This document shows positions 38,118-47,569 of a DNA stretch of 64,000 nt, one piece after another. Numbering within the stretch: the first letter of the stretch is position 1; each line of letters starts with the position of its first letter. The stretch is from an uncultured Rickettsiales bacterium (GTDB lineage: Bacteria; Myxococcota_A; UBA796; UBA9615; CAYRNR01). The notes beneath the pieces were generated by a model. That model saw only the letters and a list, made by a program, of their open reading frames with translations. It had not been told where the DNA came from and made no database searches. The stretch lies in the NCBI GenBank assembly GCA_964436045.1, contig CAYTBN010000029.1, positions 22,714 to 86,713 on the forward strand, written 5' to 3'. The position numbers and the translations under genes are program-made.

Positions 38118-39007
38118 CAGGCCCTCCGTTCGTCGTTCCCCCCCCGCACCGTCTTCCGTGGCAAGTAGCGTACCAGCAGACCGAGCACGATCAGGCCGCC
38201 GCCGATGATGGTGGCCCCGTGCACCGGTTCGCGCCAGAACAGGAACACCCACAGGGGGTTGATCACCGGCTCCAGCAGGGTGATGACCCCGGCCTCCTGG
38301 GGACTCACCCGGGCGATGCCGCGGCTGAAGATCACGTAGGGCGCGGCCATCTGGATCAGTCCGAAGGCCGCGAGCACAGCGAGCTGGCCCGACGACGGCA
38401 GAGGCGCCCCGCTGGCCAGGATCCAGGGCACCAGCACCGCGGCGCTGACCGCGTGGTTGAGGAACACCAGCACGAAGGGGTCGTGCTCGCGCAGCACCCG
38501 CAGGCTGAGCACCACGCCGGCGTAGGACAGCCCGGCGCCCAGGCCCATCAACACCCCGGCCGCCTCGGTCCCGCCCCAGAAGGTCACCAGGATCACGGCC
38601 ATCCCGACCATGCCCAGGGCGAGCGCCGCCAGGCTGCGCTTCTCCAGCTTCTCGCCCAGCAGCAGCACCGCGCCGATGACCATCCACAGGGGCGCCGTGT
38701 ACTGTAGCAGGATCGCGTTGGCCGCCGTGGTGCGGGTCATCGACCACATCAGCAGCAGGTTCATCGACGCGAACGACAGCACCATCGGCACCAGCGCCGG
38801 GTGCCAGCGCAGCCTCCGCCAGCGCACGAAGGGCAGCAGGAAGATCGCGGCGAACGCGCAGCGCCACAGGCCGATGGTCGGCCCGGCGGTGGCGTCGGGG
38901 AGCGCTTGCAGGGGCGGGCTCTTGACGAAGAACCCGCTGAGCGACCACAGCACGGCCGCCGCCAGGATCAACAGGCGTCCGCGGCGGGTGGCGTCGGCGT
39001 CGGTCAT
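38117..39007 (-). CDS. EamA/DMT-family transporter
   Basis: Ten hydrophobic helices. Composition typical of drug/metabolite exporters. Confidence 0.8.
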   Translation of the reverse strand: MTDADATRRGRLLILAAAVLWSLSGFFVKSPPLQALPDATAGPTIGLWRCAFAAIFLLPFVRWRRLRWHPALVPMVLSFASMNLLLMWSMTRTTAANAILLQYTAPLWMVIGAVLLLGEKLEKRSLAALALGMVGMAVILVTFWGGTEAAGVLMGLGAGLSYAGVVLSLRVLREHDPFVLVFLNHAVSAAVLVPWILASGAPLPSSGQLAVLAAFGLIQMAAPYVIFSRGIARVSPQEAGVITLLEPVINPLWVFLFWREPVHGATIIGGGLIVLGLLVRYLPRKTVRGGNDERRA

Positions 39008-39041
39008 CGGGGGCCCATGCTCGCACGGGCCGCCGTGGGGA

Positions 39042-40619
39042 TCACCCGGTGTAGTGGCGGTCGACCACGGCGAGGGCGCGGTCGAGGCGGGCGATGCCGT
39101 CGTCGATGTCGTCGCGGGTGGCGATCAGGGGCGGTGCCAAGGCGATGGAGTTGGTGGGGTTGGCCGCCATCGCGATCATGTCCTCGGCGGCGATGGCCTT
39201 GGCCAGCTCCTGCTTGGGCGTGGGCCCCTTGCTCAGCCGCGCGTCCATCGGCTGGATCGGTTCTCTGGTCGTCCGGTCTTTGACCAGATCGAGGCCCACG
39301 AACAGACCCAGGCCGCGGACCTCGCCGATGCAAGGGTGGCGATCCTGGAGCGCGCGGGCCTGGTCCAGCAGGTAGGCGCCCAGGGTGGCGGAGTTCTCGA
39401 TCAGGCCGTCCTCCTCGTAGATCTGGATCACGCGGAGCGCCGTGGCGCAGGCCAGGGCGTGACCGGCGTAGGTGGCGCCGTGGTTGAAGAAGCGGTCGCG
39501 GAACAGGTCGGCCACGGGTTTGCGGGCGATGGTCGCCCCCAGCGGGACGTACCCGGCGGTGATGCCCTTGGCCACGGCCATCACGTCAGGCACCACGTCC
39601 CAGTGGTCCACCGCAAACCAGCGGCCCGTGCGGCCGAACCCGCTCATCACCTCGTCGGCGATCAGCAACAGGCCGTGGCGATCGCAGATCTCGCGGATGC
39701 GGGGCATGTAGTCCGGCGGAGGCACGATGACGCCGTTGGCCCCGGTGATCGGCTCGACGATCATCCCGGCGATCTGGTCGGCGCCGCCCTCCAGCTCGAT
39801 CACCTCGTCGACGAAGGAGGCGCAGCGCAGCTCACACGACGGGTACTCCAGGCCGAACATGCAGCGGTAGCAGTAGGGCTGCGGTACGGGCACCCAGTCG
39901 GTGCCGCCCCGGATCTGGGCCCACGACCGCACGTCCCCCACCGACAGGGTCAGCGCTGCCGCCGTGGCGCCGTGGTAGGCCCGGTAGCGACACAGGATCT
40001 TGGCCTTGCCCGTGGCCTGGTGGGCGATCTTGATCGCCGCCTCCACCGCCTCGGTGCCCCCCAGCGTCAGGAACGAGCGGGACAGGTCACCGGGCGTGAT
40101 CTCCGCCAGCGTGCGGGCCAGCAGCGCCCGCGGCTGGGTCGAAAACGTCGGCGCGAACGAGCACAGCGACCCGCTCTGCTCCCGGATCGCCTCGACCACC
40201 CGCCGGTCGCCGTGGCCGATGTTGTGGCTGGCAAAACACGACGAGAAGTCCAGCCGCTCCCGCCCGTCCTCGGTCACGAACCGGCACCCCTCCGCGGACA
40301 CCACCCGCGGCGGCGCCACGTCGGGCTGATGACTCCACGAGTGGAAGACGTGCTCGACCTCGTAGCGGTCCAGGTCGGCGGGGGTGGCGGGGATGTTGGG
40401 CAGATCGCGCATGACGGCCACCTCGTTGCTGGCGTCGTACACCAGCACCGGGCCGCGGTTCAACTGCGGAAACGCATTGTGGCGGGCGGCGTTGACGTAG
40501 ACGTTCCCCTGCAGGCCCTCGCCGGTGAAGATGCCGCTGAAGTCGGCGAGTTGCTCGTCGAACATGTCGGTCATGCCCAGGGACTGCAGGGCCTCCTTCA
40601 GGGGCAGCTCGTAGTCCAT
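39042..40619 (-). CDS. class-III (omega) PLP aminotransferase; the catalytic core probably begins at the ATG at 40412
   Basis: IADEVMSGFGRTGRWFAVDHWDVVPDVMAVAKG (PLP Lys). HVFHSWS N-terminal region. The first 69 codons (40413..40619) are coding-like but atypical. Confidence 0.8.
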   Translation of the reverse strand: MDYELPLKEALQSLGMTDMFDEQLADFSGIFTGEGLQGNVYVNAARHNAFPQLNRGPVLVYDASNEVAVMRDLPNIPATPADLDRYEVEHVFHSWSHQPDVAPPRVVSAEGCRFVTEDGRERLDFSSCFASHNIGHGDRRVVEAIREQSGSLCSFAPTFSTQPRALLARTLAEITPGDLSRSFLTLGGTEAVEAAIKIAHQATGKAKILCRYRAYHGATAAALTLSVGDVRSWAQIRGGTDWVPVPQPYCYRCMFGLEYPSCELRCASFVDEVIELEGGADQIAGMIVEPITGANGVIVPPPDYMPRIREICDRHGLLLIADEVMSGFGRTGRWFAVDHWDVVPDVMAVAKGITAGYVPLGATIARKPVADLFRDRFFNHGATYAGHALACATALRVIQIYEEDGLIENSATLGAYLLDQARALQDRHPCIGEVRGLGLFVGLDLVKDRTTREPIQPMDARLSKGPTPKQELAKAIAAEDMIAMAANPTNSIALAPPLIATRDDIDDGIARLDRALAVVDRHYTG

Positions 40620-40776
40620 CTCGAAGGACGGCAGGTGGACGGTGGCCGGGCATCGGCGTGCCCGGTACCGCGGCTACCGGCGTCGCGCCCAGCGGCCCAC
40701 GACCGCCCACAACCCTCGCGGGGCCGACTCGAGGTCCTCGTCGTCGTCCAGGACCATGTCGAGGACGGGACCCTGT

Positions 40777-40888
<112 letters not shown>

Positions 40889-41514
40889 ATTCCGCCTCCG
40901 CCCGAACATCCTCCAACGTCAGCGTCAGATCCGGCTCGAACGACCCCAGGACGATCTCCTCGTCCTCGACCCCGAGCTCGCTCCGGACCGGTGCGACCGG
41001 GAGGGGGGGCTCCATGCTCGGAATCCCCTCGCTGCCGTCCAGCGACAGCGACAGCACGTCCTCCGACACGAGCAGGTGGGCGTCGCTCACCTCTCCTGAC
41101 GGCCAGCCAGCGACGAGCAGCGTGCAGCCCCGGCAGAACAGCACACCCGAGGGAAGCACGAAGGCCGCCTTGAGCCCGCAACCCGGGCAGACGGCGCCGT
41201 CCTCGAACCCCTCGGCGCCATCGGTCGCGGCGTGCAGCGCGATCCCGTGGCTCCCCGCCAGCATCCGCCGCTGGGGCGGCGTCAGCCAGGGAGCACCCTC
41301 GGCCACCGTCGGCGCCCGCTCCGCCGCGATGTGCAAGGCCGACCCGAGGTACGCGTCAAACGCGACGCTGGCCGTCTGGCCACAACCGTCGCACTCGACC
41401 GCGAACGACAGTTCGTGGCTGACGTTCTCCCGACCGCATCGCGGGCACTCGTACATCGTTCCGCCTCGATCGTCTCTCATCGGACCCTCCAATCTGCTAG
41501 GCACGGTTCCCATC

Positions 41515-41955
41515 TTAGTGGACCCGCTTGTCGTGATCCCGCCAGTACTCGTCCAGCTGGGCGTCGCTGGACCAGATGACCCGCGGCAGCGCGGGAAGGT
41601 CGCCAGCCAGGGCCTCCTCCACCAGGGAGCGGTGGTCCTCGTGGGCCAGGACCAGCCGCGCGCCGCTGTCCCGCAGGATGAGGGCCACCTCCCGCCCCGT
41701 CAGTCGCGTGTTGATCGGCACCAACACCAGCCCGGCGTAGGCCGCGGCGAAGTAGGCCTCGAGGAAGACGTGGCCGTTGGGGCGGACGATCGTCACCCGG
41801 TTGCCCAGCTCCAGACCCGCCCCGCGCAGGGCCGCTGCCAGCGCCCTTGCCCGCTCGGCAAATCGGGCGTAGTTCAGCCGGATGTCGCCGCTGACCACCG
41901 CCTCGCGGTCGGGCCACAGCTGGGCGGCCCGGTCGAGGATCGACGCGATGTGCAT
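41515..41955 (-). pseudogene. truncated AMP-dependent synthetase/ligase (acyl-CoA synthetase N-terminal 146 aa only)
   Basis: DREAVVSGDIRLNYARFAERARALAAALRGAGLELGNRVTIV...AAAYAGLVLVPINTRLTGREVALILRDSGARL is the canonical N-terminus of the roughly 500-aa AMP-binding family. It stops after about 146 aa, immediately upstream of the zinc-ribbon gene. Confidence 0.55.
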
Positions 41956-42031
41956 GGGACCTCCCGCCAAAGGATTGTGGAAGGGGGCCCGGGGTTTGGC
42001 AATACTGTGCGGCGACGGCGAGGAGGTTGTC

Positions 42032-43435
42032 ATGGGTCGATGGACAGGACTGGCGGTGGCGGTGGCGGTGCTCGGGCTGCACGGGCCCGCGTCGGCCGAC
42101 GACGTGCAGGTCAACGGCACCCTGCGGGACGGGGGCGACCACAAGGTGCTCCACGTCTGGGGCACCCACATCGAGATGGGGTACGCCCACGGCTATCTGC
42201 TCGCCGACGAGGTGATGGCCCTCGCCGAGGGTTACATCTTGCCCATGTATGGGGTTTCACCCGATCAGTACGAGACGCTCCTGAGCGTGGTGCTGCCGAC
42301 CTTCGACATCCCGCCCTCCCTGCGAGCCGAGGCCGAGGCGCTGGTCGAGGGGGTTCGCGCCGCTGGTGTGTCCCTCCATCTCGACACGCTGGAGCGCGAC
42401 CTGGAGGTGGACGACCTGCTGCTGGCCAACGCCGCGTCGGACCTGTTCGGCGTGTCGTGGTACTGCTCGTCGATCTCGGCCTGGGGTGAGGCCACGGCCG
42501 CGGACCCGGACCTGGCCGGAGAGCTGGCCATGGCCCGCGACCTGGACTGGGACTTCGGGGGCGACGCGGCCGATCTGCGCGACTTCGGGCTGGTGATCGC
42601 GTACGAATCCACGGACGACGACGAGCAGCGCTGGGTCTCGGTGGCCTTCCCCGGCTACATCGGCTGCCTGTCGTGCGTGAACGAGTCGGGCATCGGCGCC
42701 TTCCAGAACCAGGGCAACCACGCCACCACCCTGTCGAACCTGGACACGGACCCCGCCCCCGCCCCGATCAACATGACCCTGCGGACGGCCATCGAGGCCC
42801 GCGATGCCGACGGCGATGGCACCAACACCATCGGCGACGTGGAGCACGCGGTCACGGAGGTGGGGCGGATGGGGACCTACGAGATCCACCTGATCTCGCC
42901 GGCCGACCGCTCCGATCCCCCCGCCGCGATCCTGGAAGCCAACAACGGCGGCACCGCACTGCGGACGCCCGCCGACGAGCCCCTGCCGGGCCCGGACTGC
43001 GTGGCCACCACCAACCACCACCGGGAGCTGTACACGCCGACCATGTGCAGCCGTTACGCGACCATCGTCGAGATGGTGGGCGACTACGATGGCGTCCTGG
43101 ACGTCGAGCGGCTCTGGGAGATCGAGAAGGAGGTCTCGTGGGACTCCGGCGACAGCGGCACCGTCCAGACCATGCGGGTCGTGCCGGCGCGCCAGATCCT
43201 GGACGTCGCTTTCTCCGACGCCAACGAGGTCGCCCCCTATCACGCCCCCACCTCGTACTCCTTCGATGTCTTGTTCGGCGATGGGGGGCCCGACCCGACG
43301 GCCGACGACGACGATGACGACGACGACGCGCCCGGAAGTTGCCAGTGCTCCCAGCACACCCCCGCCGTACCCTGGGCGATCTCCGCCGCCCTGCTCGGCT
43401 CCCTGGCCCTCGGGTTCGCCGTCCGCCGCCCCTGA
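42032..43435 (+). CDS. secreted protein with MYXO-CTERM-like tail, possible Ntn-hydrolase (C45-like)
   Basis: ATG with GGAGG RBS. Signal peptide. C-terminal GSCQCSQH..WAISAALLGSLALGFAVRRP. Poly-Asp before the tail. Confidence 0.7.
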   Translation: MGRWTGLAVAVAVLGLHGPASADDVQVNGTLRDGGDHKVLHVWGTHIEMGYAHGYLLADEVMALAEGYILPMYGVSPDQYETLLSVVLPTFDIPPSLRAEAEALVEGVRAAGVSLHLDTLERDLEVDDLLLANAASDLFGVSWYCSSISAWGEATAADPDLAGELAMARDLDWDFGGDAADLRDFGLVIAYESTDDDEQRWVSVAFPGYIGCLSCVNESGIGAFQNQGNHATTLSNLDTDPAPAPINMTLRTAIEARDADGDGTNTIGDVEHAVTEVGRMGTYEIHLISPADRSDPPAAILEANNGGTALRTPADEPLPGPDCVATTNHHRELYTPTMCSRYATIVEMVGDYDGVLDVERLWEIEKEVSWDSGDSGTVQTMRVVPARQILDVAFSDANEVAPYHAPTSYSFDVLFGDGGPDPTADDDDDDDDAPGSCQCSQHTPAVPWAISAALLGSLALGFAVRRP

Positions 43436-43487
43436 TTCGATACAAAAAAATCCTCAAGTTCCAGATGCCCTGTCCGATAGCTCAACC

Positions 43488-43835
43488 ATGGCAGTCTCCA
43501 GGGCCAGTGGGATCGCGAGCACAGGCATGGCAGCGGCGTCGCGCCGGCTGGACAACGTGGCGCGTAACGTGGCCAACCTGCAGACTGCCGGCTACCGTCC
43601 CCAGCGCATCGTGACCAAGGAACTGCCCCACGGCGGCGTCACCACCGAGTCGGTTCCGGCGGAGATCCCCGAGGAGTCCTGGCTGGACAACCCGGCGCTC
43701 GACGGTGGCTCCCACGTGGATCTCGCCTTCGAGACGGTGGAGCGGATCAGCGCTGCGGCGACCTTCCGCGCCAACGCCGCGGTCATCGAAGCGGCGGACG
43801 AGGCGGAGCAGTCGCTGCTCGACATCCTGGCCTGA
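43488..43835 (+). CDS. flagellar basal-body rod protein FlgC-like protein (orphan, 115 aa)
   Basis: N-terminus ASTGMAAASRRLDNVARNVANLQTAGYRPQ matches the FlgB/FlgC rod N-terminal motif. C-terminus VDLAFETVERISAAATFRANAAVIEA matches the rod C-terminal motif. Low-GC leader upstream. Confidence 0.55.
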   Translation: MAVSRASGIASTGMAAASRRLDNVARNVANLQTAGYRPQRIVTKELPHGGVTTESVPAEIPEESWLDNPALDGGSHVDLAFETVERISAAATFRANAAVIEAADEAEQSLLDILA

Positions 43836-43919
43836 CCCTCCCGAGTTTGAACGACACGCGGACCAGACTGGCCAACGGAGCCCCCGAAGCGGCATGATCC
43901 CTCGCCGGAGGGACGACCG

Positions 43920-45899
43920 ATGAAGCGCCACCTGCCCCTGACCGGGCTGTTCGCCGTGCTCGCCTGCCTCGCCCTGCTTGCCTGCGATCCCGAGGATCCG
44001 ACCGGGGACGACGACACCACCGGGTCGGTGGATCCGATCCACGTCGACATCGACGAGGAGTGCGACAACGTCAATCCGGACTACTGCATGCTGCCGTGGC
44101 CCTCGAGTCGTTACCTGGCGGCCGACGACGGCACCGCCACCGGCTGGCGGGTCGACTACCGCGAGGACGCGTTCACCAAGAACCACATGGACCAGCCCTT
44201 CGACGTCGAGCCCTACAATCGGCTCGACGGGTTCAGCCCCGCGTCGCAGCTGCTGACGGTCTTCGACGCGCCGGTCGACGCCTCGGCGTTGCCCTTCCAC
44301 GACAGCTACGACCTGTCCCTCGAGGCCGACTGCCCGACGGTGGTCCTGGACATGGAGACCGGCGAGCGGCTGGCCCATTTCGCCGAGTTCGACACCCGCT
44401 TCGACTACCCCGGCGAGATCATGATGTACATCCGGCCAGCGGAGCGGCTGGAGGAGAACCGGCGGTATGCGGTGGCGATCCGCGGCCTGCAGTACGAGGA
44501 CGGCGGCGAGGTACCGCCGTCCGAGGTGTTCGCCGCCCTGCGCGACGGCGTGATCACCGACGCGGCCCAGGTCGAGGCCCGTCGCCCGGGCTTCGAGGAG
44601 GTCTTCTCCGCGCTGACCGGTGCCGGAGTCGAGCGCGATGGCCTGATCCAGGCCTGGGACTTCCACACCGCGTCGGGCGAGATGATCTGGGGCGACCTGC
44701 TCCACATGCGGGACGACGCCTTCGAGCGGCTGGGCGCCGACGGGCTGGGCTGCACCATCACATCGGTGGAGGAGTTCACCCCCGAGGAGAACGACCAGGT
44801 CTTTCGCAAGATCAAGGGCACCTACACCGTGCCGTCGTACATGGACAGCCCCTACCCGCCCGCGCGGGTGGTGCGCGGTGACGATGGGCGGCCCGAGTTC
44901 CAGGAGAACCAGGAGATCGAGTTCTTCATGAACATCCCCCAGAGTGTGGCCGAATCCGGCGGTCATCCCGCCCGGCTGATCACCCATGGTCACGGGCTGA
45001 TGGACTCGGGCGAGGCGGTGTTCTGGAGCGGCGAGCGGGGCATCGCCCAGGACGTGGGCGTGGTGATGGTCGGCACCCACTGGGCCGGCATGTCCGAGGA
45101 CGACCTGGTGACCGTGGCCACGGCCCTCTCCAATGTCTCGAGCTTCCCCAACGTGGCCGAGCGGACCATGCAGGGGATCGTCAACATGCTGGCGCTGACC
45201 CGCACCATGGCCGGGGTCTGTGCCGTCGAGCCCGATCTCCAGATCGACGGCACGCCGGCCTATGATCCCGACGAGCGCTACTACATGGGTGTCAGCCAGG
45301 GGGCGATCTACGGCCAGTCCTACATGGCCCTCTCCCAGGACCTGGAGCGGGGCATCCTCAACGTCGGCGGCACCATCTACCCGGTGATGATCGGCCGCTC
45401 GGTGGACTTCCGCGACTACGAGCTGGTCTACGAGGCCTGGTACAGCGACCGCATCGACCGCGAGTTCTTCATGAACCTGATCCAGCAGCTGTGGGACATG
45501 TGCGAGGGCGCCGGCTTCCTGCCCCACCTGCTGGACGACCCCCTCCCGGGTAGCGAGGCCAAGAAGATCCTCTACCAGGTGGCCCTGCACGACGCCCAGG
45601 TCCCCAACGTGGCCTCGGACATGGCGGCTCGCATCGCCGACATGCCCCAGCTCGTGCCCACCATGCACGAGGTCTGGGGGGTCGAGGACGCCCCGACCGA
45701 GCCCTACGACGGCTCGGCGATCCAGTACTGGGATTGCGGCGACGAACCCCTCGATCCGGGCAACAATCCGCCGGAAGAGGACAATACCGCCCACGACTGC
45801 GTCCGCCGCCTGGTCGCGGCCAAGAACCAGATGGACGCCTTCTGGCAGCCGGACGGCCAGGTGGTGAACTTCTGTGACGGGGAGTGCGATCCGGAGTGA
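43920..45899 (+). CDS. lipoprotein, hypothetical (possible hydrolase fold)
   Basis: ATG start. Lipobox LLAC. D-rich linker. 659 aa with good composition. Confidence 0.75.
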   Translation: MKRHLPLTGLFAVLACLALLACDPEDPTGDDDTTGSVDPIHVDIDEECDNVNPDYCMLPWPSSRYLAADDGTATGWRVDYREDAFTKNHMDQPFDVEPYNRLDGFSPASQLLTVFDAPVDASALPFHDSYDLSLEADCPTVVLDMETGERLAHFAEFDTRFDYPGEIMMYIRPAERLEENRRYAVAIRGLQYEDGGEVPPSEVFAALRDGVITDAAQVEARRPGFEEVFSALTGAGVERDGLIQAWDFHTASGEMIWGDLLHMRDDAFERLGADGLGCTITSVEEFTPEENDQVFRKIKGTYTVPSYMDSPYPPARVVRGDDGRPEFQENQEIEFFMNIPQSVAESGGHPARLITHGHGLMDSGEAVFWSGERGIAQDVGVVMVGTHWAGMSEDDLVTVATALSNVSSFPNVAERTMQGIVNMLALTRTMAGVCAVEPDLQIDGTPAYDPDERYYMGVSQGAIYGQSYMALSQDLERGILNVGGTIYPVMIGRSVDFRDYELVYEAWYSDRIDREFFMNLIQQLWDMCEGAGFLPHLLDDPLPGSEAKKILYQVALHDAQVPNVASDMAARIADMPQLVPTMHEVWGVEDAPTEPYDGSAIQYWDCGDEPLDPGNNPPEEDNTAHDCVRRLVAAKNQMDAFWQPDGQVVNFCDGECDPE

Positions 45900-45905
45900 T
45901 CGCGG

Positions 45906-47546
45906 TCAGCGGGTGTCCGAGGGCACCAGCAGCCAGCCCCCCTCGAACTCCCCCCAGACCAGCCGCCCGTCCGCGAGGGCGGCGGGCAGGTTCGCAACCA
46001 TCTGCTCCCAGAACGGCAGCGGATCGCCATCGCTGGCCAGGATCCGCTCGTACAGCGTCAGGTTGGCCGGACGCTGCTGGGGGTGGATGACGGCCACGAG
46101 GCGCGCCAGGTCGCTCTCGGCCAGCGCCTTGTCGAGCAGGGCCCGGGACAGCTCCGGCGACGCCCGCAGCGCGGAATAGCCGTCGGGCATCGGAGTGGCG
46201 CTGCCGCCGTCGATCGCCACCTCACCCAGCGAGCTGGCCTCGCACAGCGCTACCACCCCCTGGGCGTGCACCGCCACGGTCGCGTCGCCGCCGGTCTGTT
46301 CCCACGCCTCGCGGGCGATGCGCATCCCGGGGTAGACCAGCCGCTGTTGCATGGCCAGCAGCACGTCGAACGGGTCGCGGGGCTGACCGGCGAACGACTG
46401 GGTAGCCACGCTCCAGTCGCCCGCCGCGGCGCAGATGTCCCTCGCCTGCTGTGCGGCCGGGGACCAGCGCAGACTCGGGTCTCCCTCGACGCCGACCAGC
46501 TGGTCGGAGCAGCGGAGTTGGAGCCACTCGACCGAGGCGGTCGGCGGGACGATCTGGGTCAAGCGCAGGGCCTGGCCGGCGATCAGCGACGGCAAAGTGT
46601 CGGGCTCCGCGGAGTCCAGCCCGAGGGCCACGGTGGCGAATGCGTCCCGGGACACGGCGGTCACCAGGGGTCCCATGGCCGTCTCCCTCGCCCACTCGAT
46701 GTCTTGCCCCCAGCCCAGGGCGGTGGAGCCCGGGCCAGGCGTGGAGAACTCGGAAGCCACGCATTCGAAGCCGTCGTAGAGGACCTCCGGGCGTTCCGGG
46801 ACGATCGGCGGCGCGGACGAGCCTCCCGCCGGCCGGATCCACGGGAACCCGGGCTCGGAGGACAGGGCGGCGTCGTGCAGTTCGGTGGTGCTCATGCACG
46901 CCACGAACCCGTCGCGGGAGCCGTTCCAGGTCTCGCTGAACAGGGTCTGGCGTTGTCCCGGCTCGACGGTAGCCAGCGCCCGCCACATGCCCGCCATCTC
47001 CCGCTGGTAGGGCAGCAGGCAGGCCCGACGGCGGGCCGCCTCGAGGGCAGTCGCGGCTTCCGAACGGCGGACGGGCTCGTCCGCATCCTGGGTCCACGCC
47101 ACCTCCCAGCCCGTCGCGTCGGCGACGAAGGGCAAGGTCTCGGCGACGCAGGTCGGCACCCCAGCCTCGTAGCTCGGCAGCGGAAAGACGCCGCCCTCCG
47201 ACACGTCGGCGGGCACCCGCTGGAGCCGGGCGGCGAACGACGTCGCGGCCTCGGTACCGGGGTGGAGCAACGCGGACCACGAATCGGGATGGGCGTGAAC
47301 CTCGGCCACCAGCCGGGCCACCCGCCGGACCTGGCCGCGGGCCGCGGCCTCGTCGGGTCCCCAGGCCACCACCGGCTTCTCGCTCCCGTCCGGGAGCTGG
47401 AGCGGCAGCGAGCAGCGGAAGGCCGCGGCGGGCGGCGGCTCGGGCTGCTTCTTCTTGCGCTTCCCATGGGCGGCGGGAGCCAGCGACAGCGACAGGGCGA
47501 GGGCTGCGGCCAGCATCAGGCTCGGCGTGTAGCGGTGGGAGTGCAC
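45906..47546 (-). CDS. secreted hypothetical protein
   Basis: GTG at 47546 preceded by GAGGAGG. Signal peptide HSHRYTPSLMLAAALALSLSLAPAAHG. The tail of the 761-aa track ORF. Confidence 0.6.
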   Translation of the reverse strand: MHSHRYTPSLMLAAALALSLSLAPAAHGKRKKKQPEPPPAAAFRCSLPLQLPDGSEKPVVAWGPDEAAARGQVRRVARLVAEVHAHPDSWSALLHPGTEAATSFAARLQRVPADVSEGGVFPLPSYEAGVPTCVAETLPFVADATGWEVAWTQDADEPVRRSEAATALEAARRRACLLPYQREMAGMWRALATVEPGQRQTLFSETWNGSRDGFVACMSTTELHDAALSSEPGFPWIRPAGGSSAPPIVPERPEVLYDGFECVASEFSTPGPGSTALGWGQDIEWARETAMGPLVTAVSRDAFATVALGLDSAEPDTLPSLIAGQALRLTQIVPPTASVEWLQLRCSDQLVGVEGDPSLRWSPAAQQARDICAAAGDWSVATQSFAGQPRDPFDVLLAMQQRLVYPGMRIAREAWEQTGGDATVAVHAQGVVALCEASSLGEVAIDGGSATPMPDGYSALRASPELSRALLDKALAESDLARLVAVIHPQQRPANLTLYERILASDGDPLPFWEQMVANLPAALADGRLVWGEFEGGWLLVPSDTR

Positions 47547-47569
47547 GGGGATCCTCCTCGTCGCGGGAT

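Noticed and set aside
43482-45794. 770-aa minus-strand ORF
   Set aside because: Antisense to a well-supported lipoprotein gene (43920..45899). Gly/Val/Arg-rich composition typical of high-GC shadow ORFs. Similar long shadow ORFs were rejected at 59752..62271, 35479..37014, 33702..35135, 49651..50889, 50955..52334, 46222..47649 and 22321..23421.
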